Assembly (NCBI GenBank): GCA_030544165.1
Contig: JAUNRP010000001.1
Location: 1 to 34,927, forward strand
Direction: 5' to 3'
Source of the DNA: a bacterium
GTDB taxonomy: Bacteria > Actinomycetota > Actinomycetes > Actinomycetales > Actinomycetaceae
DNA length: 34,927 nucleotides
Position numbers and translations under genes: made by a program. The notes beneath the pieces were generated by a model. The model ran no database searches. It was not told where the DNA came from and was given only the letters and a program-made list of their open reading frames with translations. This document shows positions 16,731 to 27,181 of this stretch, in pieces (position 1 is the stretch's first letter; each line of letters begins with the position of its first letter).

Positions 16731-18524
16731 GTGACCCAGAGCCACCACTGGTCCGAAGGCCAGGAGCGCACCGGACTGAGACGGCGGAAGGCGGTCTCAG
16801 TCTTCCTCGTCATCCTGTTCGCGGTGTTCGCCGCCCGGATCATCCTCGTCCAGGCGGTCCAGGGCCCCGCCCTCGCGGCCCAGGCCAAGGCGGAGCGGCT
16901 GCGTACCTACGAGATCGAGGCACCCCGGGGCGCCATCCTCGATGCCAACGGCGAGGTCCTGGCCACCTCGGGCGAACGGGTCCACGTGGCGGTCAACCAG
17001 CGGGTGGTCGAGCAGTGGGTCCACCGGGTGGACGGCGAGGTCGTGGGAACCGGGGCAGCCGCGGCGGCAGAACTCCTCGCGCCCGTCCTCGGCCGGGACA
17101 AGGCCGAACTGGGGGGCGAGATGGTGGGGGACTCCACCTGGCGCTACCTGGCGCGCAACCTCCTGCCCTCCCAGTGGCGGGAGATCCGCCAGCTCGGCAT
17201 CCCGGGAATCGAACCCGAGTGGGTGGCCGTGCGGGAGTATCCGAACGCCAACACCGCCGGAAACGTGGTGGGATTCGTGGGACGGGACCACTACGGGCTC
17301 GGCGGGCTCGAGCAGGCCTTCGACGAGGTCCTGACGGGCATTCCCGGTAGCGAGACGGTGGAGATCGGCAATGGGGGCCAGGTGATCCCCACCGGCACCA
17401 ACGAGATCACCGAGGCCCTGCCCGGTGCCACCATCACCACCACGATCAACCGCGATCTCCAGTTCCTCGCGCAGCAGCAGGCGGATGACGCCGTCAGCCG
17501 CTACGGCGCCCACTGGGCCGGAGTGGCGGTCATGGAGATCGGAACCGGCAACATGCTGGCGCTGGCGGACTCGGGCTCGGTGGATCCGGGCAACCCGGGC
17601 GCGAGCAGCGCGGCTGACCGGGGTGCCCGTTCGATCACCTCCCCCTACGAGGCGGGATCCACGGGCAAGCTGCTCACCCTCGCCTCGGCGGTCAACGAGG
17701 GACTGGTGGATGCCGGCTCGGTGTTCCACGTGCCCTACCAGGGCACGTTCAACGGCCAGACCTTCACCGAGCACTCGTACCACGAGCCCCTGGACCTGAC
17801 CACCGCGGGAATCCTCGCCACCTCCTCGAACGTCGGGACGATCGAGATCGGCCAGTTGATGTCGGACGAGACCCGCTACCAGTACATGCGGGACTTCGGA
17901 TTCGGTGAGCGCACCGGGATCGATATCCCCGGGGAGTCCGCCGGGATCCTCACCCCTCCGGATACGTGGGACGGCCGTACCCGGTTCGTCAACATGTTCG
18001 GCCAGGGGTACGCGATCACCCTGGTGCAGAACGTGGCGATGGTGGCCGCGTTCGGCAACGGGGGCGTCTACCAGACCCCCCGCCTCATCTCCTCGATCGA
18101 GCACGCCGACGGCGCCGTCACCGTGCCGGAGTACCCTGAGGACCGCGAGGTCCTGGCGCCCGAGACCGCCCAGACCATGCTCGAGCTGATGGAGTCGGTC
18201 ACCTCCGAGGGTGGAACCGGAACCCGCGCCGTGGTGGAGGGCTACCGGGTGGCCGGCAAGACCGGCACCGCCCAGACCGCGAACAGCAGGGGGCAGCTCA
18301 CCGAGGTGGTGGCGAACTTCGTGGGAGTCGTCCCCGCGGACGATCCGCGCTTCGCCATCGCCGTGGTGATCTTCAAGCCGCAGACCGGCTTCTACGGCGG
18401 CACGATCGCGGCACCGATCTTCCAGGTGGTGGCGGCCGACGCCCTCTCGCGCTACGGCGTGGCGCCCTCCTTCGGTGAGCCCCCGCAGCTCCCGTGGACC
18501 GCCGACGGCCGCACCACCCTCTAG
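16731..18524 (+). CDS. ftsI: Class B penicillin-binding protein / peptidoglycan D,D-transpeptidase FtsI
   Basis: N-terminal TM segment, STGK (SxxK), SSN (SxN) and KTGT motifs. GTG 16731 comes immediately after the ftsL TAA. Confidence 0.9.
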   Translation: MTQSHHWSEGQERTGLRRRKAVSVFLVILFAVFAARIILVQAVQGPALAAQAKAERLRTYEIEAPRGAILDANGEVLATSGERVHVAVNQRVVEQWVHRVDGEVVGTGAAAAAELLAPVLGRDKAELGGEMVGDSTWRYLARNLLPSQWREIRQLGIPGIEPEWVAVREYPNANTAGNVVGFVGRDHYGLGGLEQAFDEVLTGIPGSETVEIGNGGQVIPTGTNEITEALPGATITTTINRDLQFLAQQQADDAVSRYGAHWAGVAVMEIGTGNMLALADSGSVDPGNPGASSAADRGARSITSPYEAGSTGKLLTLASAVNEGLVDAGSVFHVPYQGTFNGQTFTEHSYHEPLDLTTAGILATSSNVGTIEIGQLMSDETRYQYMRDFGFGERTGIDIPGESAGILTPPDTWDGRTRFVNMFGQGYAITLVQNVAMVAAFGNGGVYQTPRLISSIEHADGAVTVPEYPEDREVLAPETAQTMLELMESVTSEGGTGTRAVVEGYRVAGKTGTAQTANSRGQLTEVVANFVGVVPADDPRFAIAVVIFKPQTGFYGGTIAAPIFQVVAADALSRYGVAPSFGEPPQLPWTADGRTTL

Positions 18525-18545
18525 GTCCGTGAGACGATTCCACCG

Positions 18546-19916
18546 ATGCCCTCCCACCCTCCCCTGACCACGCTCAGCTCCATCGCGGCTGCCTGCGGAG
18601 GCACCCTTCTCGGCCCGGACGCCCCCGCGTCTCCCGTGGCCAGCATCGACTCCCGAGAGGTGGTCCGGGGCGGCATCTTCTGTGCGCTGGCGGGGGAGAA
18701 CACCGATGGCCACGCCCACGTCACCTCCGCGCTCGCCGCCGGGGCCGCGGGTGCGCTCGTCTCCGATCCCGAATCGGTGGGCGGGGCGCGTCCCCTCATC
18801 GTGGTCGACGACGTGAGGGCCGCCATGGGGCGAATCGCCGCCCACCACGTGGCCTCCCTCCGTCACGGCAACCTCACTGTCCTCGCGATCACCGGTTCCG
18901 CCGGGAAGACCACCACCAAGGACCTCCTCGCCGCCGCCCTCCCCGGCCCCACCGTGGCCACCGAGCGCTCCCTCAACAACGAGATCGGACTCCCGCTCAC
19001 CGCGCTGCGCGCCACCGGCGAGACCCGCTACCTGGTCCTCGAGATGGGCGCCGACCGCGAGGGCGATCTCACCTACCTCACCTCGCTCGTGCCCCCGGAC
19101 GTGGCCGTGGTCCTCCTCGTGGGCAAGGCCCACCTCGGCGTGTTCGGCTCACCCGAGGCGATCGCCCGCGCCAAGGGGGAGCTGGTCCGCGGCCTCGCCC
19201 CGGGGGGGACCGCCGTCCTCAACGCCGACGACGAACGCGTGCTCGCCATGGAGGGTAACGCCCCCGGGACCGTGCTCACCTTTGGTCAGGGGGCCGGCGC
19301 GGCGGTTCGGGCGCAGGCGATCGCCGTCGACGGGTTCGACAGGCCCTCGTTCCGTGTGACCCACGGGGATGAGGAGGTGGATGTCCACCTCGGCCTGGCC
19401 GGGGAGCACAACGTCTCCAACGCCCTGGCCGCGCTCGCCGCCGCGGCGGCGGTGGGTGTGCCCCTCGAGGAGGCCGCCCGCCGGATCGGGGGACTCGGGC
19501 CCTCCAGCCCTCACCGGATGGCGATCGAAGAGCGCGACGGGGTCACGGTGATCGACGACGCCTACAACGCGAACCCCGATTCCATGGCGGCCGCCCTGGG
19601 GTCCCTCCACCGGATTGCCGCGGGCAGGCCCACCATCGCCGTGCTCGGTGCCATGCGGGAGCTCGGAGAGGACGGCGCCGCGGAACACCGGGCCGTGGGT
19701 GAGCACGCCGCCCGCCTCGGGATCCACCACGTGGTGGCGGTGGGTGACGAGGCGGCCCCGATCGCCGGGCCCCTCACGCAGGGCGCTCAGGTGGTGCCCG
19801 ACCTCGACGCCGCGCAGGCGGCTCTGGACCTCATCGCCTCTCCCGGGAGCGTGGTCCTCTTCAAGGCATCCAACGGGACCGGCCTGTGGCGGCTGGCAGG
19901 ACGGTGGCGCACATGA
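18546..19916 (+). CDS. murF: UDP-N-acetylmuramoyl-tripeptide--D-alanyl-D-alanine ligase MurF
   Basis: [40 protein letters not shown]. This is MurF-type, not MurE-type. Confidence 0.9.
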   Translation: MPSHPPLTTLSSIAAACGGTLLGPDAPASPVASIDSREVVRGGIFCALAGENTDGHAHVTSALAAGAAGALVSDPESVGGARPLIVVDDVRAAMGRIAAHHVASLRHGNLTVLAITGSAGKTTTKDLLAAALPGPTVATERSLNNEIGLPLTALRATGETRYLVLEMGADREGDLTYLTSLVPPDVAVVLLVGKAHLGVFGSPEAIARAKGELVRGLAPGGTAVLNADDERVLAMEGNAPGTVLTFGQGAGAAVRAQAIAVDGFDRPSFRVTHGDEEVDVHLGLAGEHNVSNALAALAAAAAVGVPLEEAARRIGGLGPSSPHRMAIEERDGVTVIDDAYNANPDSMAAALGSLHRIAAGRPTIAVLGAMRELGEDGAAEHRAVGEHAARLGIHHVVAVGDEAAPIAGPLTQGAQVVPDLDAAQAALDLIASPGSVVLFKASNGTGLWRLAGRWRT

Positions 19917-20998
19917 TCGCGATTCTCCTCTCGGCCGGGGTGGGCCTCCTCATCACGCTCTTCGGCACGCCCCTCTTCATCAGGTACCTGGTCCGGCGCA
20001 ACTACGGGCAGTTCATCCGCCAGGACGGGCCCACCGCGCACTTCACCAAGCGCGGGACCCCCACCATGGGCGGGGTGGTCATCATCGTGGCCACCGTGAT
20101 CGCGTACCTGGTGGCCAACTTCGCCACCGCCGCCGCCCCCACCGTCTCCGGCCTCCTGTTGATCTTCCTGATCGCGGGGCTCGGCCTCATCGGCTTCCTC
20201 GATGACTACATCAAGATCTCCCGCCAACGCTCGCTCGGGCTCAATCCCACCGGGAAGGTGATCGGCCAGGCGGCGGTGGGAATCACCTTCGCCTTCCTCG
20301 CCACCCAGTTCCCCAACGCCAACAACCGGACGCCGGCCTCCCTCAACATCTCCTTCATCCGTGACACGGACATCTCGCTCGCCCACTGGGGAGTGGGAGT
20401 GGGGATCATCCTCTTCATCATCTGGGCCAACTTCCTGATCACCGCCTGGTCCAACGCCGTGAACCTCACCGACGGGCTGGACGGGCTCGCCACCGGCGCG
20501 TCCATCTTCGTCTTCATGGCCTACACGATCATCGCCATGTGGCAGCTCAACCAGAGCTGCCAGTACCTGCTGAACCCCACCGCCGCCTGCTACGAGGTCC
20601 GGGACCCCTGGGACCTCGCGATCCTGGGCGCCGCCCTGGTGGGAGCCTGCTTCGGGTTCCTGTGGTGGAACGGTTCCCCCGCCCAGATCTTCATGGGGGA
20701 CACCGGTTCGCTCGCCCTGGGCGGAGCGGTGGCCGGATTCTCGATCTTCACCCACACGCAGTTCCTCGCCGTGATCATCGGCGGCCTCTTCGTGATCGAG
20801 GTGCTCTCCGACGTCATCCAGATCGGCTCCTTCAAGCTCACGAAGAAGCGGGTGTTCCGGATGGCGCCGCTCCACCACCACTTCGAACTGAAGGGCTGGG
20901 GTGAGGTGACGATCGTGATCAGGTTCTGGCTGATCGCGGGCCTGTTCGTGGCGCTCGGCGTGGGCCTCTTCTACGGCGAGTGGGTGAGCGTCTCGTGA
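19913..20998 (+). CDS. mraY: Phospho-N-acetylmuramoyl-pentapeptide transferase MraY
   Basis: [48 protein letters not shown] 19913 forms an ATGA overlap with the murF stop. Confidence 0.95.
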   Translation: MIAILLSAGVGLLITLFGTPLFIRYLVRRNYGQFIRQDGPTAHFTKRGTPTMGGVVIIVATVIAYLVANFATAAAPTVSGLLLIFLIAGLGLIGFLDDYIKISRQRSLGLNPTGKVIGQAAVGITFAFLATQFPNANNRTPASLNISFIRDTDISLAHWGVGVGIILFIIWANFLITAWSNAVNLTDGLDGLATGASIFVFMAYTIIAMWQLNQSCQYLLNPTAACYEVRDPWDLAILGAALVGACFGFLWWNGSPAQIFMGDTGSLALGGAVAGFSIFTHTQFLAVIIGGLFVIEVLSDVIQIGSFKLTKKRVFRMAPLHHHFELKGWGEVTIVIRFWLIAGLFVALGVGLFYGEWVSVS

Positions 20999-22446
20999 CC
21001 CTCGCCGGGATGCGGCTGGGGATCGTGGGGCTCGGAGCCTCCGGCCGCGCGGCGGCGGAGGTTGCCACCACCCTGGGCGCCGTCGTCGCCGGGTACGACG
21101 CGAGTGCGGCGGCAGTGGAGGCCGCCGCGGCAGACCTGCCCGGCGCCACCCTCGCGCACGTGGCGGACCCCGCCGCGCTGGCAGCTGCCGTGCTGGACGG
21201 GGGGCCGGACGTCGTCGTCGTCTCCCCGGGGGTTCCGTCCCACGCGCCCCTGTACGGGGCGGCAGCGGCCGCCGGAGTGCCGGTATGGAGCGAGGTGGAG
21301 CTCGCGTGGCGGGTGCGGGCACCCCGGGCGGACGGCACCCACGCTCCGTGGCTGACCCTCACCGGCACCAACGGAAAGACCACCACCGTGGGCATGCTCT
21401 CCGCGATGCTCCAGGCGGGCGGGCTCACCGCGCCGGCCGTGGGCAACGTGGGGGAGCCCATCGTGCGCGTGGCGGCAGCGGGAGGGGTGGACGCCCTCGC
21501 CGTGGAGCTCTCCAGCTTCCAGTTGCACTCCACGCACTCGGTGGCGCCACTCGCCTCCGCCTGCCTCAACATCGCCGCGGACCACCTGGACTGGCACGGC
21601 GGCTGGGAGGGCTACTGGACGGACAAGGCGCGCGTGTTCGCGCGCACGGAGCTCGCCTGCGTCTACTCGACGGCGGACCGGCAGACCCGCCGCATGGTGG
21701 AGGAGGCGGAGGTGGCCGAGGGGTGCCGCGCGATCGGCTTCCGGCTGGGGTCGCCCGCCGTGGGGGAGGTGGGGCTCGTGGAGGACGTCCTGGTGGACCG
21801 GGCCTTCGTGGCCGAGCGCCGCACCCACGCCGCCGAGCTCGGAACGCTCGCGGACCTGGCCCAGCTCGCACCGCGTGAGGGTGGGGACGTCCCGCCCCAC
21901 GTGATCGCCAACGCGCTGGCGGCGGCGGCCCTCGCGCGCGCGGCGGGGGTGGAGCCGGGGGCGGTGCGGGGCGCGCTGCGGTCCTTCCGGCCGGACCACC
22001 ACCGCATCGAGCTGGTGGGAACCGTGGGCGGCGTGGCCTGGGTGAACGATTCCAAGGCCACCAACGCGCACGCGGCACGGGCCTCGCTGGCGGCCCTCCC
22101 GGACGGGACCGCGGTGTGGATCGCCGGTGGGCTCGCCAAGGGGGCCACGTTCGATGAACTCGTGGCCGAGGTGGCGGTCAAGCTGCGCGCGGTGGTGCTG
22201 ATCGGGAAGGACCGCGCCCCCCTGCGGGACGCTCTCGCGCGACACGCGCCGCAGGTACCGCGATTCGAGGTGGAAGCCGGAGACGATGGTGAGGTGATGC
22301 GGCAGGCCGTCGTGGCCGCGTCACGCCTCGCCCGGCCCGGCGACACGGTGATGATGGCACCAGCGAGTGCCTCCATGGACCAGTTCGTCAGCTACGCACA
22401 CCGGGGGGAGGCCTTCACCCGGGCGGTGGCAGAGCTGGAGGGATGA
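20995..22446 (+). CDS. murD: UDP-N-acetylmuramoylalanine--D-glutamate ligase MurD
   Basis: [30 protein letters not shown] 20995 (GTGA overlap with the mraY stop) chosen; ATG 21010 is an alternative. Confidence 0.9.
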   Translation: MTLAGMRLGIVGLGASGRAAAEVATTLGAVVAGYDASAAAVEAAAADLPGATLAHVADPAALAAAVLDGGPDVVVVSPGVPSHAPLYGAAAAAGVPVWSEVELAWRVRAPRADGTHAPWLTLTGTNGKTTTVGMLSAMLQAGGLTAPAVGNVGEPIVRVAAAGGVDALAVELSSFQLHSTHSVAPLASACLNIAADHLDWHGGWEGYWTDKARVFARTELACVYSTADRQTRRMVEEAEVAEGCRAIGFRLGSPAVGEVGLVEDVLVDRAFVAERRTHAAELGTLADLAQLAPREGGDVPPHVIANALAAAALARAAGVEPGAVRGALRSFRPDHHRIELVGTVGGVAWVNDSKATNAHAARASLAALPDGTAVWIAGGLAKGATFDELVAEVAVKLRAVVLIGKDRAPLRDALARHAPQVPRFEVEAGDDGEVMRQAVVAASRLARPGDTVMMAPASASMDQFVSYAHRGEAFTRAVAELEG

Positions 22447-23711
22447 TGACCACGCTGCAGGAGGCACGCAGGCGGATCACCGCCGCCTGGCCCGCACGTG
22501 CCACCACTCGCGAGGCCGCCACCGAGGCGGGAGGCGGTCCGCGGTCCTACTTCCTGATCGGCGGCGCCACCATCCTGCTGCTCCTCATGGGCGTGGTGAT
22601 GGTGCTCTCCGCCACCACGATCACCTCCATCCGGGCGAATGACGGAAACCCGTTCGCGCAGTTCCTGCCGCAGGCGCGGTTCGTGCTGATCGGGCTCCCG
22701 CTCGCCTTCGTGGCCACCCGAATCCCGGTGCGGTGGTACCGCTGGCTGGCGTGGCCGGCCCTCATCCTCTCCTTCGGGCTCCAGTTGCTGATCTTCACCC
22801 CCCTCGCGCGCAACGAGGGCGGCAACACCAACTGGGTCCTCATCCCCGGACTGGGGCAGACCGTCCAGCCCTCGGAGTTCCTCAAGATCGGCCTCGCCCT
22901 GTGGCTGGGCCTCGTCCTGGCCACGCAGGGAGAACGGCTGCGGCACTTCAAGAACTTCGTCCTGCCCACCCTGGTGGCCGGAATCGGGCTGGCGCTGGTG
23001 CTCGGCGGGCACGATCTGGGAACCGCCATGGTGATCGTGGCGATGGTGGTGGGAGCGTTCTGGATCGCCGGGGTTCCCGGCTGGTTCTTCGGGGTGGGCG
23101 GACTCGTGGGGCTGGTGGCCGCCGCCGCATTGGTGGTGATCTCACCCTCCCGGGTGAACCGCATCCTGGACTTCGTGGGTGTGGGCGGAGCGGACCCCAC
23201 GGGGGCCGGCTACCAGTCGCTCCACGGCATGTACGGCCTCGGTACGGGTGGGCTCACGGGCGTGGGCCTGGGTGCCTCCCGGGAGAAGTGGGCCTACCTG
23301 CCGGCCGCCCACAACGACTTCATCTTCGCGATCCTCGGTGAGGAGCTCGGCCTGCTCGGCACCCTCCTCGTGCTCGGGCTCTTCGGCATCCTCGCCATCG
23401 GCATGCTGCGGCTCATCCGCCGCCACCCGGACCCGTTCGTCAAGATCACCACCGCCGCGATCATGTGCTGGATCATCGGCCAGGCACTCATCAACATCGG
23501 CGTGGTGGTGGGACTGCTGCCCGTGATCGGGGTGCCGCTCCCGCTCGTCTCTGCGGGTGGGTCCGCGATGATCTCCACGCTGGTGGCGCTCGGGATCGTG
23601 CTGGCCTTCGCGCGTGACGAACCCGGTGCCAGGGCGGGCACCGGCGCCACCATGGCCTCCGCCAGGCGGAGCCTCGCGGTGGTCGGATCGCGGATGAGGC
23701 GCCGTGGCTGA
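22443..23711 (+). CDS. ftsW: SEDS-family peptidoglycan glycosyltransferase FtsW
   Basis: Polytopic membrane protein with QPSEFLKIGLALWL, HNDFIFAILGEELG and PLVSAGGSAM. ATGA overlap with the murD stop. Confidence 0.92.
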   Translation: MMTTLQEARRRITAAWPARATTREAATEAGGGPRSYFLIGGATILLLLMGVVMVLSATTITSIRANDGNPFAQFLPQARFVLIGLPLAFVATRIPVRWYRWLAWPALILSFGLQLLIFTPLARNEGGNTNWVLIPGLGQTVQPSEFLKIGLALWLGLVLATQGERLRHFKNFVLPTLVAGIGLALVLGGHDLGTAMVIVAMVVGAFWIAGVPGWFFGVGGLVGLVAAAALVVISPSRVNRILDFVGVGGADPTGAGYQSLHGMYGLGTGGLTGVGLGASREKWAYLPAAHNDFIFAILGEELGLLGTLLVLGLFGILAIGMLRLIRRHPDPFVKITTAAIMCWIIGQALINIGVVVGLLPVIGVPLPLVSAGGSAMISTLVALGIVLAFARDEPGARAGTGATMASARRSLAVVGSRMRRRG

Positions 23712-24828
23712 GCCCTCGTTCCTCCTGGCCGGCGGGGGATCCGCGGGCCACGTGAACCCCCTGCTCGCCACCGCAGCGGAACTCCGCACCCGGTTCCCGA
23801 ACGCCCGCATCGAGGTGATGGGGACGGCCTCGGGCCTGGAGGCGGACCTCGTCCCGGCGGCGGGCTTCAAGCTCCACACCATTCCCCGCGTCCGCATCCC
23901 GCGCAGACCGAGCCCTGAGCTGCTGAGCCTGCCGGGCCGCATCCGTGCGGCGCTGACGACCGCCCGGGGGATCATCGATGCGCTCGAACCCTCGGTGGTG
24001 GTGGGCTACGGAGGAGACCTGTCCTTCCCCGCGTACCGCGCCGCCTTCGCGGCGGGCGTTCCCGTGGTGGCGCACGAGCAGAACGCCCGGCCCGGGCTGT
24101 CCAACCGATACGCCGCCCGCCGGGCCGAGGTGGTGGCCGTGACCTTCGCGTCCACCCCCCTTCAGGCCGGGAGGGGCACGCGGGTGGTGACGGGGCTCCC
24201 GCTCCGGCCCGCCGTGGCCTCACTCGTGGCGCACCGCGCGGCGGGGGAGGGCGAGGGGTTGCGCGCGAGTGCGGCCGCGGCCCTCGGGCTCGATCCCGGC
24301 CTGCCCACGATCCTCGTGACCGGGGGCTCGCTCGGCGCCGTCTCCGTCAACACGGCCGCCGCCGGGGCGGCCCGCGAACTCGCCACGGGCGCGCAGGTGC
24401 TCCACCTGACGGGGAGGGGCAAGGCGGAGGCCGTGCACCAGGCCGTGGCCGCCGCCGGGAACCCCGATGGATACCACGTGCGCGAGTACCTCCCCGAGAT
24501 GGAGCTCGCCTACGCCCTCGCAGACCTCACGCTCACCCGCGCGGGCGCGGGAATGGTCTCGGAGCTCTCCGCACTCGGCATCCCCGCCGTCTACGTCCCC
24601 CTCCCGATCGGGAACGGGGAGCAGCGCCTCAATGCCTCGGACGTGGTGGCGGCCGGGGGAGGGCTCATGGTGGAGGATGCGGACCTCAGCCCGGAGTGGA
24701 TCCGCCAGCACGTGGTGCCGCTCGCACGGAACACCGAGGAGCTCGCCCGCATGGGAGCCCTGGCTGCGCAGTCCGCGCCCTCGGACGGGGCTGCCCGGCT
24801 GGCTGACGAGATCGAGGCCCTGACATGA
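23704..24828 (+). CDS. murG: Lipid II synthase MurG (UDP-GlcNAc transferase)
   Basis: LAGGGSAGHVNP, HEQN, TGGSLGA, RAGAGMVSEL. GTG 23704 overlaps the ftsW stop by 8 nt. Confidence 0.93.
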   Translation: MAEPSFLLAGGGSAGHVNPLLATAAELRTRFPNARIEVMGTASGLEADLVPAAGFKLHTIPRVRIPRRPSPELLSLPGRIRAALTTARGIIDALEPSVVVGYGGDLSFPAYRAAFAAGVPVVAHEQNARPGLSNRYAARRAEVVAVTFASTPLQAGRGTRVVTGLPLRPAVASLVAHRAAGEGEGLRASAAAALGLDPGLPTILVTGGSLGAVSVNTAAAGAARELATGAQVLHLTGRGKAEAVHQAVAAAGNPDGYHVREYLPEMELAYALADLTLTRAGAGMVSELSALGIPAVYVPLPIGNGEQRLNASDVVAAGGGLMVEDADLSPEWIRQHVVPLARNTEELARMGALAAQSAPSDGAARLADEIEALT

Positions 24829-26135
24829 GCTACTACCTGATCGGGATCGGTGGCGCCGGAATGAGCGTGGTGGCCGAGCTCCTCCACGCCGAGGGCCACC
24901 GCGTGGCGGGCTCGGACGCCAAGGACTCCGCCGTCATGCGCAGGCTCGTGGCCGCCGGCATCGGCGCCCAGATCGGTCACGATCCGGGGCGGCTCGAACC
25001 CGGGATGACCGTGGTGATCTCCAGCGCGATCCAGCCGGAGAACCCCGAGCTCGCGCGCGCACGGGAACTGGGCCTCCCCGTCATCCACCGCTCCCAGGCC
25101 CTCGCGCTGGCCGCGGGGGAGCGGGACTTCGTGGCGGTGGCGGGCGCCCATGGCAAGACCACGACCTCGGCCATGCTGGCCGTGGCCCTGCACCACGCGG
25201 GAGCCGACCCCTCCTTCGCGGTGGGGGGCACCGTGGTGGGCTACGGAAGTGGCGCCCACCTCGGTTCGGGCTCCGTCCTCGTGGCCGAGGCGGACGAGTC
25301 TGACCGCTCCTTCCTCAACTACCGCCCCCGCGTGGCGATCGTGACGAACGTGGAGCCGGACCACCTCGACTTCTACCGCACCGAGGAGGAGTTCTACGCC
25401 GCCTTCGTGGAGTTCGCCCAGAAGATCGTGCCCGGGGGCCTCCTGGTGGCCTGCGCCGATGATCCGGGGGCCGCCTCCATCATGAAGGCGGCCACCGAGA
25501 GCGGGGTCCGGACGGCGGGATACGGCCACTCCAGCCCCGAGGTCACCGTGGAGGACGACGCCTTCGTGGTGCGCGGCGAGCGCTTCCCCGTGCGCCTGCG
25601 GGTCCGCGGATCGCACAACATGCTGAACGCCGCGGCAGCGCTCACCGCCGGGGTGGAGCTCGGCGTGGACCCCGCCACCATGGTGGAGGGCCTCGAGATG
25701 TTCACCGGCACCGGCCGCCGATTCGAGGCGCACGGCACCCGCCGCGGCGTGCACGTGGTGGACGACTATGCGCACCACCCCACCGAGGTCGCCGCGACCC
25801 TGCGGTCCGCACGGGAACTCGCCGAGGGCCGCGTGCTCGTCCTCTTCCAGCCCCACCTCTACTCCCGCACCCTCCAGTTCGCCACCCGGTTCGCCGAGGC
25901 CCTGGACGCGGCCGACCACGTGGTGGTCACCGGGATCTACGGCGCCCGGGAGGAGCCGCTTCCCGGCGTCACCTCCGAACTGATCACCAGCCGGATGGCG
26001 CGCGGAACCCACGTGCCGGACCGCCTCGCCGCCGCGGCCGAACTCGCCTCCGCCGCCCGCCCGGGCGACCTCGTGCTCACCATGGGCGCCGGAGACGTGA
26101 CCGAACTCGCGGACGTGATCCTGGAGCAGTTGTGA
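24825..26135 (+). CDS. murC: UDP-N-acetylmuramate--L-alanine ligase MurC
   Basis: IGIGGAGMSVVAELL, VAGAHGKTTTSAML, DDYAHHPTE. ATGA overlap with the murG stop. Confidence 0.93.
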   Translation: MSYYLIGIGGAGMSVVAELLHAEGHRVAGSDAKDSAVMRRLVAAGIGAQIGHDPGRLEPGMTVVISSAIQPENPELARARELGLPVIHRSQALALAAGERDFVAVAGAHGKTTTSAMLAVALHHAGADPSFAVGGTVVGYGSGAHLGSGSVLVAEADESDRSFLNYRPRVAIVTNVEPDHLDFYRTEEEFYAAFVEFAQKIVPGGLLVACADDPGAASIMKAATESGVRTAGYGHSSPEVTVEDDAFVVRGERFPVRLRVRGSHNMLNAAAALTAGVELGVDPATMVEGLEMFTGTGRRFEAHGTRRGVHVVDDYAHHPTEVAATLRSARELAEGRVLVLFQPHLYSRTLQFATRFAEALDAADHVVVTGIYGAREEPLPGVTSELITSRMARGTHVPDRLAAAAELASAARPGDLVLTMGAGDVTELADVILEQL

Positions 26136-27022
26136 GGCGCCCCGCCGATCCCGCCGCGCGGGTCACGCCCCCCTCCGCGCCCACCCCGGCGCGCACCGCC
26201 CGTAAGCCCGCACGGCCGCGGGTTGCGCCGTCGTCGTCCACGCCCGTGGTTCACGACGACGACGACGCCCCCGCCGCCGTTCCCCCACCCTCGCCCGTTG
26301 CCCCCATCAACGAGCGCATCCGGGAGCGCGAGAGGGCCGCGCGGCGTACGTTCTGGCGGCGCGCGGCCATCTGGGCGGGGGTGGTCCTGGCGGTAGCCGG
26401 AGTCGTCTACGCCCTGTTCTTCTCCCCCCTGTTCGCGCTGGCAGCGGACGAGATCGAGGTGGGCGCCGAGCCGGGGAGGGTGGATGCGGACGCGGCCCGC
26501 CAGCTCGCGGGGGAGTGGGTGGGCACCCCGCTGCCGCGCCTGGACGCCGGGGGGTTGCGCGAGGAGATCCGGCAGATCCCCACGGTCCAGGAGGCCACGG
26601 TGCACCGCGTGTGGCCGCAGGGACTTGCCATCCACCTGACCCCGCGAACGCCGGTGGCCGCTGTCCCCGTGGAGGGCGGCATGCAGCTCTTCGACGCCGA
26701 GGGCGTGGACCTGGGCATGGTGCCGGAGCTCCCCGCTGGTGTCCCTGTGGCCGAGGTTCCCCTCGGGGAGGAGACCGCCGCCCTGCTGGCGGACATCGCG
26801 GCCGTGATGGGGAGGATCCCCCCGGAGCTGATGCAGGAGATCGCCACGGTGAGGGCGGAATCGCAGGACGCCATCGAGTTCGGACTGCACTCGGGCGCGG
26901 TGGTGCGCTGGGGCGGGAACACGGAGAACGAGCTCAAGGCGGCGGTGCTGGCCACCCTCCTCAGCGAGGTGGAGGCAGCGCTCTACGACGTCTCCTCGCC
27001 GCGCTCACCCATCACGGCCTGA
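26132..27022 (+). CDS. ftsQ: Cell division protein FtsQ (POTRA domain) with long Pro/Ala-rich N-terminus
   Basis: Sits between murC and ftsZ. Has one TM segment (AAIWAGVVLAVAGVVYALFF) followed by a POTRA-like region (IEVGAEPGRVDADAARQLAGEWVGTPLPRLD...VHRVWPQGLAIHL). GTGA overlap with the murC stop. Confidence 0.8.
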   Translation: MRRPADPAARVTPPSAPTPARTARKPARPRVAPSSSTPVVHDDDDAPAAVPPPSPVAPINERIRERERAARRTFWRRAAIWAGVVLAVAGVVYALFFSPLFALAADEIEVGAEPGRVDADAARQLAGEWVGTPLPRLDAGGLREEIRQIPTVQEATVHRVWPQGLAIHLTPRTPVAAVPVEGGMQLFDAEGVDLGMVPELPAGVPVAEVPLGEETAALLADIAAVMGRIPPELMQEIATVRAESQDAIEFGLHSGAVVRWGGNTENELKAAVLATLLSEVEAALYDVSSPRSPITA

Positions 27023-27073
27023 CCCCCGCGCGAGAGCGCCAGAAGAATCGCGCAACACGCCCGCGCCGGTGAT

Positions 27074-27103
27074 TGAAGGTGCATCTGGCGATGCGTACCT
27101 TCA
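27074..27103 (+). promoter_or_regulatory. Imperfect hairpin in the ftsQ-ftsZ intergenic region
   Basis: TGAAGGT-GCATC-tggc-GATGC-gt-ACCTTCA gives 12 paired bases with a 2-nt bulge. The octamer TTGAAGGT recurs at 27145-27152. Function unknown. Confidence 0.3.
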
Positions 27104-27181
27104 CCGCGACAAGAAATGACATAAGTCTGAACCTCCACTTCAGGTTGAAGGTTGAGGCTCGACGAACGAGAGGGAACTCCC

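Noticed and set aside
27133-27138. Single CTCCAC (reverse GTGGAG) hexamer upstream of ftsZ, a possible extra MraZ site.
   Set aside because: An isolated hexamer is expected many times by chance in 35 kb of GC-rich DNA. No phased partner lies 10 bp away.
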